From the NCBI RefSeq assembly GCF_036321535.1, contig NC_087436.1, forward strand, positions 104,658,001 to 104,722,000: a DNA stretch of 64,000 nt, given 5' to 3'. Of this stretch, positions 38,512-51,787 are shown in pieces. How positions within the stretch are numbered: position 1 is the first letter of the stretch; every line of letters starts with the position of its first letter. The notes under the pieces were generated by a model, which searched no databases, was not told the DNA's origin, and saw only the letters and a program-made list of their open reading frames with translations. Both the position numbers and the translations under genes were made by a program. The stretch is from Camelus dromedarius (taxonomy: Eukaryota).

Positions 38512-41500
38512 AGCACCATCCTTTTTGTGTATGTCTCTTTTTCAGGTAAGGGAGCCTTTGCCAGAAGCCAATGACTGGAGTTCCAGTCACGGGCTAGAAC
38601 TGGGTCATGGGTCCACACCTACCAGCAAGGGGACAAGGAACACCATGATTGGCTCAGACCAGCTAGAGTTCAGTCTGGACCTGGGGCTATGGTATCTATC
38701 AGTCAGGGTTCAATCTGGAACCAGTCGAATCACCTTCTAGTGGTTCCTTGTAAACCTGGAATTGAATTTGTTGCAGGGATGGGAGCTTCTGCACTTGTGA
38801 GAGCTCTAAACTGTCTCTACAGGGCAATAGTCTGTGAATCTGTGATAGTTTCAAAGTCCACAGGGCAGGAGGTGGGGGAAGGAGGATGGATGTAACATGA
38901 GAGAGCACAAGGACAAGCTGGACCCTGCAAGGATGGACTGGAAACCACGTCGTGGATTCTCATGGCCCCTGACTTGGTGTCCTGCAGGAGAAGCTGGTGC
39001 CCTTTGTCACTGAGATCTGGCCCAGGCATTAGAGAAGCCAAAGGAGGCAAAGGTGAAGCCGCTGCCACTCCTTGACACTGAGGTGGATCTGGTGACCCTC
39101 CAACCCCAACCTTCCAGGCTTAACATCTGCCTCCAAATCTCAGGCAAAGATCTCTCTTGTGATCCAGCTGGAAGGGAGATTCAGGGAAGCCAGCTTCAGG
39201 CTAACCCAGCTGATACCCTGTAAAACACCAGAGTAACGGCCACTGAGGAAAAGATCTTGAATAAAACTGGGGTTTTATAAGCAAGGAAGAAGGGGGAACA
39301 GACCTGGGGGAGGCAACCAAAAGTGTCTGTGCTCCAAGGGGCATTTTCAGCTGTTCTGTGCTGGGACCCAATGTCAGGAGTGGTGTGAGTGGCAAGTACA
39401 TGTGAAGGTGGGCTGTCATGATACTGCATGTAAGGAAGGCCGCCGCCTCTGTCTCTCTCTCTCTGACTCTGGGTTTATCATGGACCAAGCCCTGGCACGA
39501 AACACTAAAGGGAAATAAACTCACGCCTTCAGCAGTTAGTGGAGCGCCTGCCCTTCCCCTGAGTCATCACTGCACTGTTTGTTCACTTCCTCTGCTTGGA
39601 ACCCCCTCTCTCCACTTCCTGTTCTCATTCAGCAAGCACCCATTGAGCACCTACTGTGTGCTGGGTGCAGGAAATCCAAGATAAGAACCTGAGCCCCGAC
39701 TCTAGGGGTGGACCTCCTTCCTCTGCCCTAAATGCTCCTCCCTCCAGAAAGCTTCCCAGATGTCTTCCCAAGCACTCCAGCAAAATCCTGCAGCCCTGCC
39801 TGGGTCTCTGCACGGCTGTAAGTGATTATCTACAAGTATGTGTGTATATGGACATGTCATTTTGTTTTTAATGAATGCTTTATTTTTGTTGGTCCCATCT
39901 TCCCCCTGGAGCGCATACAAACTTTGAAGGTCGGGTTTCTGTTTCCTTCGCTGCTCACAACTACGTGCAATGTGCGGGCGGCTGTGCTCAAAAGGGAGAA
40001 ATCCATCCAGGGTTTCCAAAGACAACAAGCAGCATTTCCAGTGCTTTGGAAATGGGTTCCTCCTACCCACCCGCTGTGGTCCCAACACCCTGACTGGATC
40101 GCTTCTGTTGTTATCAGTCTTATCACCGTCCCATTCCACCAAGGGAACTGAAGACTCGCACGTCGCATAAGCAGCAGGGCGCCAGCACCTGCTCCTGCCT
40201 CCCTGGGGCCGCACTCGGATTCCCGGTGCCACTAACCTCAGCCCTCGGCGGGCGTGGGCCTGGGAGTGCTGTGGCACGTTCACTGTGGGCTCATTCTGGG
40301 GTGGGCACTGAGGCTTTGCATACTCCATTGGTAGGCGTTACTACTGTTCCCACTTCTAGTGGGGAAACTGAGGCTTAAGGAGTTGATGTAACTTGTTCCT
40401 GGAAAACCGGGAGCTCAAATCTAGATTTTTTTAATACAAAATGCACATTATAACTGCTATGCCATCCGGCCGTAATTGTGATTTAAAATGATATGAGTCA
40501 ACTTCTAGAATTCACTTTTCCATGCCTGTGTCGCCAAGGCGCTGGAGTTAGAACAGCAGGGCAGCCCTGGGCAAGATGCTTCATCTCTCTGAGCCTGTTC
40601 CTTCCTCTGTGCCCTAAAGACGAGGCAAACTAACCCCAAAGCAGTCCCAGTCCCCTAGTTTTGTTTGAGGATTCCGTTCATGCTCTCCACAATGTCTGGC
40701 GTGAGGCGAGGGAACAGTAAGTGTCAGCTTTCATTCTTATAACAGCAATAATTTTTATTACTGGCCCCATCCAATCAGTGTGGTCAAAAGCTTCCCTAGA
40801 AAAGCCGTCTTAGTCAGGGCATTGTTTGTGCTGAAAGGCCTGAATTCTGAAGAGCCTCGGGTTCCCCCAGAAGCTTGTATCAGAACTCTCCCTGCAGCTG
40901 CGTAGGGGGGCCTGTGCGTGCAGCCGGGCTGCAAACCCCAGGCCTTACTGATGTCCTGTCTTAGCGGCCCGCTCAGCTGCTCCACACATGTTCCATAAAT
41001 GGGAGTCATTAGTGGTGAGCCCCATAAACACCCCCTCCTCCCCATGCTGTGCCGCGTGTGCTGGCTGTGTGGCAACCACTCGGTCAAGCCCATCAGCCCA
41101 GATATGAAACAGCTATCAGCGTGTGTGCAAATCAGCATGCCCTCAAAAGAGCCTGCTAGGGGCCAGGCAGGGGCGGCTGCTTCTGGCTGCTAGAACAAAC
41201 TGCTCTTACTCATCTCCCTGAAAAGGACCAGCTAGTTCAGACAAATAGTCACAGGGATTTGGCTCAGACTTCTCCATGGGGACATTTGAAAGTGATGATC
41301 TTCTTTGCATTTAATAAACTTTCTTTATTAGTTTCCCCATCCCCCCAAGTTAATTGAGGGAGCAGATTCATTGCAAAGGGGCTGACAGTCTTGGGTTTGC
41401 CAAGCTGAACCGACCCCCATCGCAGGCACATGCAAACGCTTTCCGCATGTTTGAGTGGTGGAGGCAAAAAGCATGAGGAGCTGGGAGCTGTGTCTAAACA

Positions 41501-44029
41501 CAATCTTGCTCACTCGCAAGGGGTTCTGGGTTCTGGTGGTGCCTGGGATATGGAAAGAGCCATAGCACACGCAAAGCTTATGCTAAACGGGGGTAGGGGA
41601 AGGGAGTGGAAGCACGAGGAAGGTGAGTGTCTCAATGAAAGGGTGCAGAAGGTGCGTGCATCAGAGAACTGGAGGTTGATAGCCCTGATGCAACCCTGTG
41701 GACCAGATCTTTCCCCAGAAGAAGGAGGAATTAGGTGCATTTAGCAAGTGTTTCCTTAGTTAGGTACAACAATTGCAGCAAAAGCTCTGGAGACCGCTCT
41801 AAGCCTCAGTTTCCCCATCTGCAAAATTGAACTAGGTATAGAAGGTCAGGTGTTGGAGGCAGCAGTGTGTCTGGGCTGCCGTTACACTTAGGGTGGGCAC
41901 GAAGAAAGACAGTCATTGTCCCACTCCCCTAAATGCCCATGAGGGTGTTTCAGGAGGAGAAAGCCCCCAGTGCAGACTGTGGCGAGGGGGTGAGGGGCTT
42001 TTGGGGAAACCACGGCTTAGTAGGAAACCAGTCCTGAGCTTGAGGCCACAGAGGCCAACTCCCAATTACTCCCTGGCCCTCTGCCAAAGGGAGTGGGAAG
42101 AGAGGGGGAATCCGAAGTTCAGAGGAGCAGAAAGAGGAAGAGAAAGAGAGAGGGGGCGAGGACAAGGCGGAACAGAGAGGAGGCAACTGGCCAGCTGGGG
42201 AGAAGAGGTGGGCAGGAGGGTCTGCAGGGCAGATGCCCCAGCCGCGGAGCCATGGGGCCCCCGGGTCCAGTCCAGCCGCTGAGGGGATTGGGCGGGTGAG
42301 GGGACTGCCGGCTGTCCTGAGGCTTGGGGAGATTTAAGTCTCCCTCTGCCTGTCACTTACATGGCCATGAGCATTAGCCCCACGGGAACCTCCCAGAACC
42401 CCAGGCAGACACCCGATTGAGGCTGGATCACTGTCCCCCAGGACTGGAATTTTTCTATCACAGGCCTTTGTTACAATGCAGCTTCCTGCCTCTTGGTGAT
42501 CTCTTCTCGGGAGTCCTGTTGGTGGGTGAGAGAGGGGAAGAGGTGAAGGGCACCCAGGAGGGAGGCAGGTGCTACAGAGAGAAATGGGAGTAGGGAGGGG
42601 AGGGCCACCATCATCACTTTTCCGACTTTGGAGCCAAGATGGCGCCCGAGATGGACGCAGGTACTGGGGACAGGCAGGTCCCAACAGCAGGGAGTAGAAC
42701 AGTCACTGGCTGAGGGACAGGCCCCAGTCCCTGAGCACTTCCCACCAAGCCACCCACAGTGCTTCCCCTGCCTGGCCCCCTGAGCTGACACCAGGGCGCG
42801 CAGGCGCGGAGGCTCAGGAAGCCCCACCTCCCGGCTCCTTCCTCCTCCTGCCCATATTCAGAAAGCTGCCTAGTCTGACAATGACCCAAACCAGAATGAG
42901 GTCTCTCTTTGCAGAGGGAACTCCTTATATGGCCTGGATCCCCTTATGAACTGTCTGTATTTCTCTGTCCAAATGACATCTCGCTTTAGCATTCAGGCAA
43001 GAACCTTTTTCACTAATTTCTTGACGACACTGTTTCTTATTTCCCCATCTCCTGCTTGTCTTATATTTCAGGCCTCTGAAATATGTCTAAAAGGATTTGT
43101 CGCTCTTCCTGAACCTTTATTACTTCGCTCTTTCTGTCTGCCCTGCTGCCCTGGTCCTGCGTTAAACGTTAATAACTTTAGAAGCATATCTAAGGAGTTG
43201 CGGGGAAGTGCTAGGCTGTTACCTCCTGAACATGCAGGTGGAAATTCCCCCTCCCCGCAAACCCCTGACATTTCTACAGTTTGTTCATTCCTTCCATCAC
43301 ACCAGTCACCCCTCCGGCTTTATGTCTTGTTTATTAGCCCTTTAAATTACATACCCCCTTAAGAGAGAAACAGAAAGTTTGACATGGAGAACAAAGAAAG
43401 TTAAGGCCTTTTAAAGCACGTTTATGGAGGCTTTTCATGAACTTTACAAATGGAGTAAAAAAAAAACAAGTGTGAAAGGATTTTTCAAGGAAGGAACATG
43501 CTTTTGCAATTTGCTGGAAGTTTTCCCTTGTGTTCCAGAAAAGCAGCCTCCCCATTACTCACCAGGGAGGCACGCAGGCCAGGGAGGAAGGGGACTCAGG
43601 GAATAAAAACAGGCCTTCCCCCTGTCCATGTGCAAACAGCACTTAATAATCAAATTGAAAAAACACACAAATGAAATTAAAACGTTTTCCAAATGGGCTG
43701 CAGCCCTGAGGCCAGACTTCATGGGGCCATGGCTGGGCGAATTTGTATCTTTGCCTTAATTGGGCTCCAGGCAAAGCGGCTGTTAGAAAAGCCAGATTCT
43801 GATGTCAACAGGAGGGTAGGACACGGCCAGTGGAGGCAGAGCGGCCGGTGGGGAACGCATCCCAGCCTCTCTGTGTTCTCCTCCCCCTGGGGCATCACCC
43901 ATCACCTGGGACTCAGCTTCTAAATCTGCTCAGACCTCTCCCCTATGGCAAGACCCTGCGTTTGACCCAGTGTCTGCCTTGGGTTACTCACTCGCTCATT
44001 CACTCACTCAGTCCCATCAGCACACAGCT

Positions 44030-44860
44030 GGATATCTTTTCTCCAATCTTAAAGCAAAAACAGAAAAAAACCCCCCAAAAGCCAAAAACTTCTCTTGACC
44101 CCCCTCCCCTCTGGCTGTGACCCCATTTCCAGGCTCCTGTTTCAGCTATCTGTACTTGTGGTTTCCAATTACTCCTTTCCCAATCTCTCCTGCACCCTAC
44201 CCGGCCTGGGGTTTGCCGACCTCACTCCACCTAGACTGCCAAGATCAATGTCAGGGGTCCCTCTGTCTGTAGTGGATAAATTCAGGTCTCAGGCCGCATC
44301 TTTGACTCACTAGCACCTCCTGCTGGAGACACTGTCCTCACTTGGCTTCACCCCACTACTTTCTCTGGGTTCTCCTCCTCCACGCGGTCCTTCAGAGCTG
44401 TCTTGGCAGGTCCCACCTCTTCCCCTGCCCTCTTGCGTCAGAGCATCCCAGTGCGCACTCCTCGGACTTTCTCTTTATGCTCATTCCCTTGATGACCTCA
44501 TTTAGTCTCCTGGCTTTGAAATCATCTAATAAGCTGAGGACTCCTACATTTTTATATCCTTTCCCAGCTTCTCGCCTGAACCTCAGACTTGTGTACCCAA
44601 CTGCCACCTCAACATCTCCACTTTGAGATCAAATAGACATTTCAAACTTAACATGTGGAAAATTGATTCAAGTACAAAGTCTTTACAATGAGTCTCTACT
44701 TTCTACTGTCCTTAAAACGTTTTCACCCACCTCCAGCCACGCTGGGCTCCTTGCTGTTCCTTGAAAAAGCCCGGCCAAGTCCCCCTCGGGGGCCTTTGCC
44801 CTGACTGTTCCCTCTCCTTGAAAGTTCTTCTTCCAGATACCCACACAGCTACCTGTAGAT
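44030..44860 (+). mobile_element. L2 LINE fragment
   Basis: 'tcacttggcttc...ttctctgggttctcctcc...aacatctccact...gggcctttgccctgactgttccctct'. Confidence 0.75.
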
Positions 44861-46103
44861 ATTTAAAAAGTGTTTTCCCCAGACCAGAATCCAGTTAAAC
44901 ACAGTGTGGTGGTGAGTCTCTTTAGACTTTTTAAATCTAAAACTTCCTCAACACTTAAAAAAAATGATGATTTTCTTTTAAGAAACCATCTTGACTATCT
45001 CATAGAGTGTTTCGTGCTCTGCAGTTTGACCATCTCCACTTTGTGTCATTTAACTTGTTCTTCTAAGCCCATGTTGCCTGTAAACAAGGCCTCTTTTCAG
45101 TCCTTCTCACACTTATGTCTTGATAGCATTAGCCGTTCCTTCGTGTTGCCTTAAGCTCTTGGTTGGTCCCCTGCCTATGTCATCGGCAGCTCCTCTTCAG
45201 CCAGCCTCCTTTGGGGTTACTTATCCTTCCTCATTCATGTGGCCACCTGAAATGTCATTGTTTCCCAGCCACCATTATTCTCACTATGTGTAAATTCATT
45301 TATTTACATTTCTTCATCTACTCTCTTTATGCTAATTGGGCCCAAATTTATAGCTCAAACTATCTGCTAGAATCTCCAGTTGGATGGTCTTCATTCTTCT
45401 ACTCTTTCCCCCTCTCTCCCGTCCTCTCTCTCTAGAACCCACTACATGACAGGCATTGCAGACGGCATTATGAACAAGACAGATGTACTCCCTGCCCTCA
45501 TGCAACTCATTATCCATCAGGAAAGAGAGCCTGTAAACAAATAGAATGGAGAGCGGACAGGGGCAATGCCTGTGAGGTAGGCTAGGTCACATGAAGGACT
45601 CTGGACTATAGCTAAGAGGACAGAGAAGCCCTTGATCAGACCTAACCAGTTTGCCCTTAAGTCAATCACTTAGACTACAACGCAGAACACAGAGCTGAAG
45701 GGACAAAGCCAGTGGGCTTGCACAGTGGGGAAACGGGTGAGAGTTGATGATGCCATCCCAAACTCAGCATAGCCCAGCTGATCATTATCTTTTCCAAAAA
45801 CTTGCACTAGTTTTTCTTATCCAACCACCCAATTTCTTAGGCCTGAAGCCAAGAGTCACTGCCTTAATTCGGGGCCTCACGGTAACTGTAGTGGTCGCCT
45901 AGGTGACGCATCTCCCTCTACTTTATCCTCACTGCGGAGAGTATCGGCTTTTCTTCATCTCTGGCTCCTTTCCCCCCAACTTTCTGGATTGGGAAGATTA
46001 AGGGACTCGAACATCATTGTAACGTGACCCAAAGAGACCCTCTATGCCACACTTAGGTGCTGGAACTCTGCTGGCCAACTTCCTTGTACACCGGGAGACA
46101 TAC

Positions 46104-46175
46104 CTGGAATATTTTTTAAGGCATCCCAATATCAGAACAGACTTCTGTCTTAAAATTGTATCCCTCCTCTTCCAC
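46104..46175 (-). CDS. Putative 72-nt coding exon (phase 2 to 2): WKRRDTILRQKSVLILGCLKKYS
   Basis: Acceptor gcctcccAG|, donor cag|GTATGT; only this frame is open. Confidence 0.45.
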
Positions 46176-47012
46176 CTGGGAGGCCTCAAGTCCCTTCTGT
46201 CCCCAGCAGGCAATTGGGCCGGTGAAGTGGGTAGTGGCTGACACCTAAGGGCATGCCATGGAGCGGAGTGAGAAGGGCAGGAAGAGAAAACCAGAAGCAA
46301 AGGGGCTAGGAAGGGGTTGAAATAGGACTCGAGGAAGAGCGTCTTAGGGACTCTTTGAGGGCTGAAGGGTGACTATGGGGTAGTCCTGATTATTTTAAAC
46401 GTTACTATGACATGGAGAGGAGTTAACTTATCCTAGGAGCCCACTCAGAACTTCTCAACACGCTCCAGACTCGAAGTGAGTGGACTGTAGCACTTGAACT
46501 TTATTAGGAAGTGAATGAATTTCTTCAAACGGTGTGTACACCCGTGTGTGCATGTGCTTCCCCAGTTAGGGAGGCAGCGCGACCTGCGCTCCCCTTCTCA
46601 CATGTGGGCAGATACCTGGATGCCTCCAGCATGAGGACAAAAGGCTAAGGAAATGAATGGCTAGATGGAGAAATGAATGCCGTGCACTGTGATGTGTTGG
46701 ACACATTATCACCCACCGCAGGTGAGATGCTTTCTCCTTTCTGAGAATCAAGATCATGTAGGAGGAAGAGGCCAAGAGTGCACACTAGGATATTTGGGAA
46801 GAAAAAACAGAGCTGATGGGGTGGAGCAGAGCCAGGAAAAGAGGAAGCTGAGGGTGGCAAGGTACCTATGGCCTGGCGTTGAGGTTTCCCATGGCTCTCC
46901 TATGATACTACATTCTTTGCCTACTGTACTTACCATAGCAGAGTAGTTCAAAGATCTGAGAAAATGCTTTCTAATTCTGAAGTCGAGAGTTCACTTCAAC
47001 TCTTGAACTCAC

Positions 47013-47332
47013 TTGGCTCCCCAGGTCCTCAGCCTTGAGCACAAGTGGAAAGGTCTGAGTTGCCAGGTTGAAGGTGGAAAGGAAAGTTCAGCTGGCTTGA
47101 GGCTTCCCATCAGGGCTTTGTAGGTAGCTGCATTACGGGGTCAAAGGAGGTTGCATTTCAGAGTATTGAAGCATTGTGTGTCACCTCCTCAGATATCCAA
47201 GGACATAAGGACCCTGTGGCAGCCAGAAAGTGCTTCTAAGGTCAGATCTTTGTATTGGATCTCTTCCAGGAGCAAATGGACAATGAAAGTCAACATTGAC
47301 TCATATTCCTTGAGTCTCTGTAGAGGTTGGAC
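47013..47332 (-). pseudogene. Putative 320-nt exon (phase 0 to 2): VQPLQRLKEYESMLTFIVHLLLEEIQYKDLTLEALSGCHRVLMSLDI*...*...MGSLKPAE...WGA
   Basis: Acceptor ctctgggttcttcAG|, donor caa|GTGAGT; TGA at 47191-47189 and 47143-47141; downstream in-frame ATG at 47110. Confidence 0.45.
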
Positions 47333-47739
47333 CTGAAGAACCCAGAGGCAGTTCCTAAAATAATTGTTCTTAAATATTTATGCTGCTCTGACAGTGGGCG
47401 AGGCATGATATCTGGAGGAGAAAGGTAAACAAGATACACTCCCTTTTTCACTAAGTTATGGTTTAGTAAGGCAGGAAGACAATGCCCTCAAAACACCATG
47501 ATTCAGTGAAGGAAGAGCTATAAGAGAGCATAGTCCGTGAGGCTGAAGGAGTGCAGAGAAGGGCATGGCCACCTCTTCTGGATCAAATCAGGAAAGGAAC
47601 TTTTGAAAGCAGTGTTGATGGATGGATATGAGTTCTCCAGGAAGCGGTGAGGGAGATGCCTCCGGGCTGACTGTCTAGCCCAAGGAAACATGTAGTATTG
47701 AAAGACATGGGGAACAAGAACTGAAAGTAAGGACTTGAG

Positions 47740-48240
47740 CAGACACACATGTACTAGTGCTCCCAGCAGCACTGCTCATAATTGCTGCAAGATGGACACA
47801 ACCCAATGTCCATTGATGATGAATGAATAAACAAAGTGTAGCATATACAGACAATGCAATATTTTTCAGCCTTCAAAAGGAATGAAATTCTGACATATGT
47901 TACAACATAGATGAAACTTGAAGCCATTATGCTAAGTGAAAAAAGCCAGACACATAAAGACAAATATTGTAGAACTATATTTATATAAGGTAGTCAAATT
48001 CATAGAGACAGAAAGTAGAATGGTGGTTGCCAGGGGCTGCAGGAAGGGAGAATGGGAATTTATTGTTTAAGAGATTCAGAGTTTCAGTTTGTGATGATGA
48101 AAAGTTCTGGAGATGGATGGTGGTGATGGTTGCATAACAATGTGAATGTACATAATGTTACTGAACTGTACACTTACAAATGGCTAAATGGTAAATTTCA
48201 TGATATGTTTCTTTTGCCACAATTTTGAAAAATTAACAAG
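47740..48240 (+). mobile_element. L1MB-type 3' end
   Basis: 'aaaaggaatgaaattctgaca...catagagacagaaagtagaatggtggttgccagggg...gaactgtacactta'. Confidence 0.9.
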
Positions 48241-48807
48241 AAAAAAAGATGTGGGGAGAGGAATGATTGTGATGTATTTGGAGGATGGTTAATGCATGGA
48301 TATGGTCAAAGCTTCAGGTGTGGGTAGAGACTGACCAGCTAAACTCAGTTTTATACTCAGAGAGGTGGGACTGTACATTAGGCACAACGGAAAATTAGCA
48401 GAGGTTTGAAGCAGGGAGGTACCAAGGTGTTTTAGGAAAGTTGTAGCCTTCAGAAGCTGAAAAGGCTCTGAAGAGATGAAAGGCCAAAGAAGAGGCTACT
48501 GCAGTGGTCTCTGTACGATTTGATGAGAGCTGGAACTTGGGCGGAGATAAAGAGAGGGTGGGAGCATCAAGAGGGGAAGTTGAGGGATCACGGGAAGCTG
48601 AGGATGCATCTGAGTTCTTCCAGTTTGGGTAACTGAGTGAACAGCGGGACCAGCCACTAACTTAAGGATTTCAGGAAGAAGAGTGTGTTTCATGCTGAAA
48701 ATGCACTTGTATATATAGTGCCCTGTGATTATGTAATGTCTTTTGTCATTATTTCTTTCACTGTTTGTTCTTGCCTCTAAAGCTAGATTTTTAAAAAAAC
48801 TTTTTTT

Positions 48808-48922
48808 AGGTGGAAGGTACTTTTTTTTTGTACTTATTTATTTTTAATGGAGGTGCTGGGGTTATGAACCCAGGACCTTGTGTGTGCTAGGCAAGCACTC
48901 TAACACTGAGCTATACCCTCCC
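48808..48922 (-). mobile_element. Vic-1-like SINE
   Basis: 'tggaggtgctgggg...gaacccaggacc...cactgagctataccctcccc'. Confidence 0.88.
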
Positions 48923-49335
48923 CATTGATTTTTAGGCACACAGATCTGATGCATTCACTCACTCTAGAAGCATTTACTGAGCACATTTGCACTATTCACT
49001 TCAACTCTATTCCACCCCAGCACCAAGAACGAGCAGTGAGTCTGGGCATGGAATCCAGGCACTCTGCTACTCGGTTTTCTCCACTGCACAACAGCTTCCT
49101 CCACCTGAATAAAGCAAGCAGGGTATAAAGCAGGCTCCCTCTGTGCTTGAATCTCATTTAAATTCTCCCAACAACCCTATGACATGAGCACTGCTATGAT
49201 TTTTCAGGGAGGGAAGGATTATAAAGGGACAACAGGAGATTTGGGGGATGATGGATATTTTCGTTATGACTGCAGAAACTATTTAACAGGGATACATATA
49301 TGTAAGTTAAAGCTTGTCAAATTATGCATTTCAAT

Positions 49336-49785
49336 GAGGAAGGGTATAGCTCAGTGGCAGAGTATGTGCTTAGCATGCGTGAGGTCCTGGGTTCAGTCCC
49401 CAGTACCTTCGTTTAAATAAATAAATAAATATGAACTTGGTTATCTATTATATATATATCAGTTAGTATCTGCAAATCTCAAACTCTCAATTTATCCCTT
49501 CCCACCCTCTTTGCACCCTGGTAAACATAAGTTTGTTTTCTATGTCTGTGAGTCTGTTTCTGTTTTGTAAATAAGTTGGTTCGTCAATATCTTACAGTGA
49601 CTTATTGTGAAAAAGAATATAAAAACAAATATATGTATGTTCATGTATGACTGAAGCATTGTGCTGAGCACCAGAAATTGACACATGGTAAGCTGACCAT
49701 ACTTCAATAAAAAATTTATATAGCTAAAAAAATAAATAAATAACTTAATTACCTCCCTGCAAAAATAAAAAAAAAGTTAAAAAAA
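49336..49785 (+). mobile_element. Vic-1-like SINE split by a 5'-inverted L1 insertion (49430-49730)
   Basis: SINE head 49336-49410, SINE tail 'ttaattacctccc' resumes near 49745; L1 3' pieces in opposite orientations lie between. Confidence 0.88.
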
Positions 49786-50380
49786 TTAATGTTAAAAATT
49801 ATATATTTTGAATTTGTAAAGCTCATTGCATGCTAATTATACCACAATAAAGCTGTTTTATAGAATTTTTAGTCAATAACAACAAAGTAACTTTTGATAA
49901 ATAACTCACTTTGACAAAGTAATTTTTGAAAAACAAACACAAATCTGTCTTTCTGTGTTTCCCTTTATTTCTTTTCTTGTCCTTTTGACCTCTGTTTTTC
50001 ATTTTTAGGTGGCTATGTCCTCCCAGCCCTACCCCACCCCACCCCAACCTTCTCCAGAGTGGCTTTGCTTCAAACAGAGCTGTGTTTTGTTTGTTTCAGG
50101 TATAATTTACATAGGTCAAATTTACCCTTTTTAGTGCACAGTCCTGTGTGTTTTGACAAAGACATACATACATGAACCACCAGCATAATCAAGACAGAAA
50201 GCGTTTCCATCCTCCCCCAGATTCCCTGTGTCCCTTAGAGGTTCTAATCCCCTTTCTTCAGCCCCAGCTCCTGGCAACCACTGATGTATTCTTTTTCCCT
50301 ATAGCTTCGCCTTTTCCAGAATGTCATATAAATGGAATTATACAGTATGTAGCCTTTGGAGTCGGCTTCTCTCACTTGGC

Positions 50381-50597
50381 ACCGGCTTTCTCAACCTCAA
50401 TACTATTGACATTGGGGCCGATCATTCTTTGTCGTGGGGTTTGTCCTATGCCCTGTAGGAAGTTTAGTAGCATCCCTGGCCTCTCCCCACTAGATTCCAG
50501 TAGCATCTCCCTCCCAGATTGTCACAGTCAAAAATGTCTTCAGATATTGCTAGATGTCCCCTGGGGGGGTCAAAGTCACCCTTAATTGAAGATCAGA
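50381..50597. mobile_element. MER20 hAT element inserted in an old L1M fragment (about 50080-50630)
   Basis: 'ttctcaacctcaatactattgacatt...ttagtagcatccctggcctctccccactagat...aaaaatgtcttcagatattgc'. Confidence 0.9.
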
Positions 50598-51787
50598 ATA
50601 ATGCATTTGAGATCACGCCTGTTGCTGCATGTGAGGTTTGGTCCTTTTTACTTAGATAATCCTAACTACTACCACGTACTGTTGGTGCAAAATAGGACAA
50701 TGCAGAAGGAACCCAAAAGAACTGAATGGACCCAGACACAAACCATGGTTGGAATAGACTTCTCTGGGATGGAATGAGCCGATATGAAGGGGGAAGATTC
50801 ATTTTCCCCTGAAAGCATTTCTTCGTCTAGACAGAGACTTGAATTAACAGCAGCCAACTGCTCTCAACCCGAGTAGACAGTGTTGGCCAAAATATCTACT
50901 GAGACTGAACTTCCCAGAACGAAACCACACTCAGGCATCGACACCAAAAAGCTGGCAGAATGATGCAGTGACGGTGAGGGGTGGCGCCCTCACCCACAGG
51001 CAGGTGAGCAGATCTCCATCTATCTCTTGGCGACTCATATAGAAAAGAAGGTGATGGAACGAGTGGGACGAGTGGGACGGTTCGCGCTGCCGCGAGGAAG
51101 CGCAGGGAAATGAAGCAAGCGAGTTCCCTTTTCTGCGATGGCACGGCAATCCCACACTCTGGTTTCCACTGTTTGCTTGCTGGCTCCCTCGTGCATACTT
51201 CAAGCCGGCTGTCCGCTCACGGCCTGCACCCACTTAATTGTGTGTGACCACACATCTGCTGTGCTGGTGAGCAGCCGGCAATGCGCTGCAGGGGTGGGGG
51301 ACGCCTTTCAGCAGGGAGATGCTCTCCAAAATTCTGGAGCAGGGACTAGGGAGTGAAAAAAATGCCCTGTGCTTGGCCAGACAGAGTGCCTTTGAGATCT
51401 GGGCTGATTGGATTGGGGGCATTGAGGTTTCTGTTTGGGAGAAAAACACTTTCAGGGAAAACATGCGTGGAATCCACCTTTGCGTTTTCCTCTGGAGAAA
51501 CACTTTATAATAATAACAATCACGTGATTTTGCAAAGCTGCATTTGTTGACTGGTTAAGTAAATAAGTGAATAAATTTAGTATCCAGCTGGCTCAAGGCG
51601 AAACGGGGAAATAGACAAAGCTGGTCATGGGTGCTTTCAGACTCTTATTTTCAGCTCTTTTCTTGCTTTTTAACAAATTCAGCAAATATTTACTGAGCAA
51701 TTCCTATGCTCCAGGCTCTGTGCTGTGGAGTAAGAGAACAAAGTGACACAAGTATGACACGTGTGATGTCATCATCTTGTATACTTT

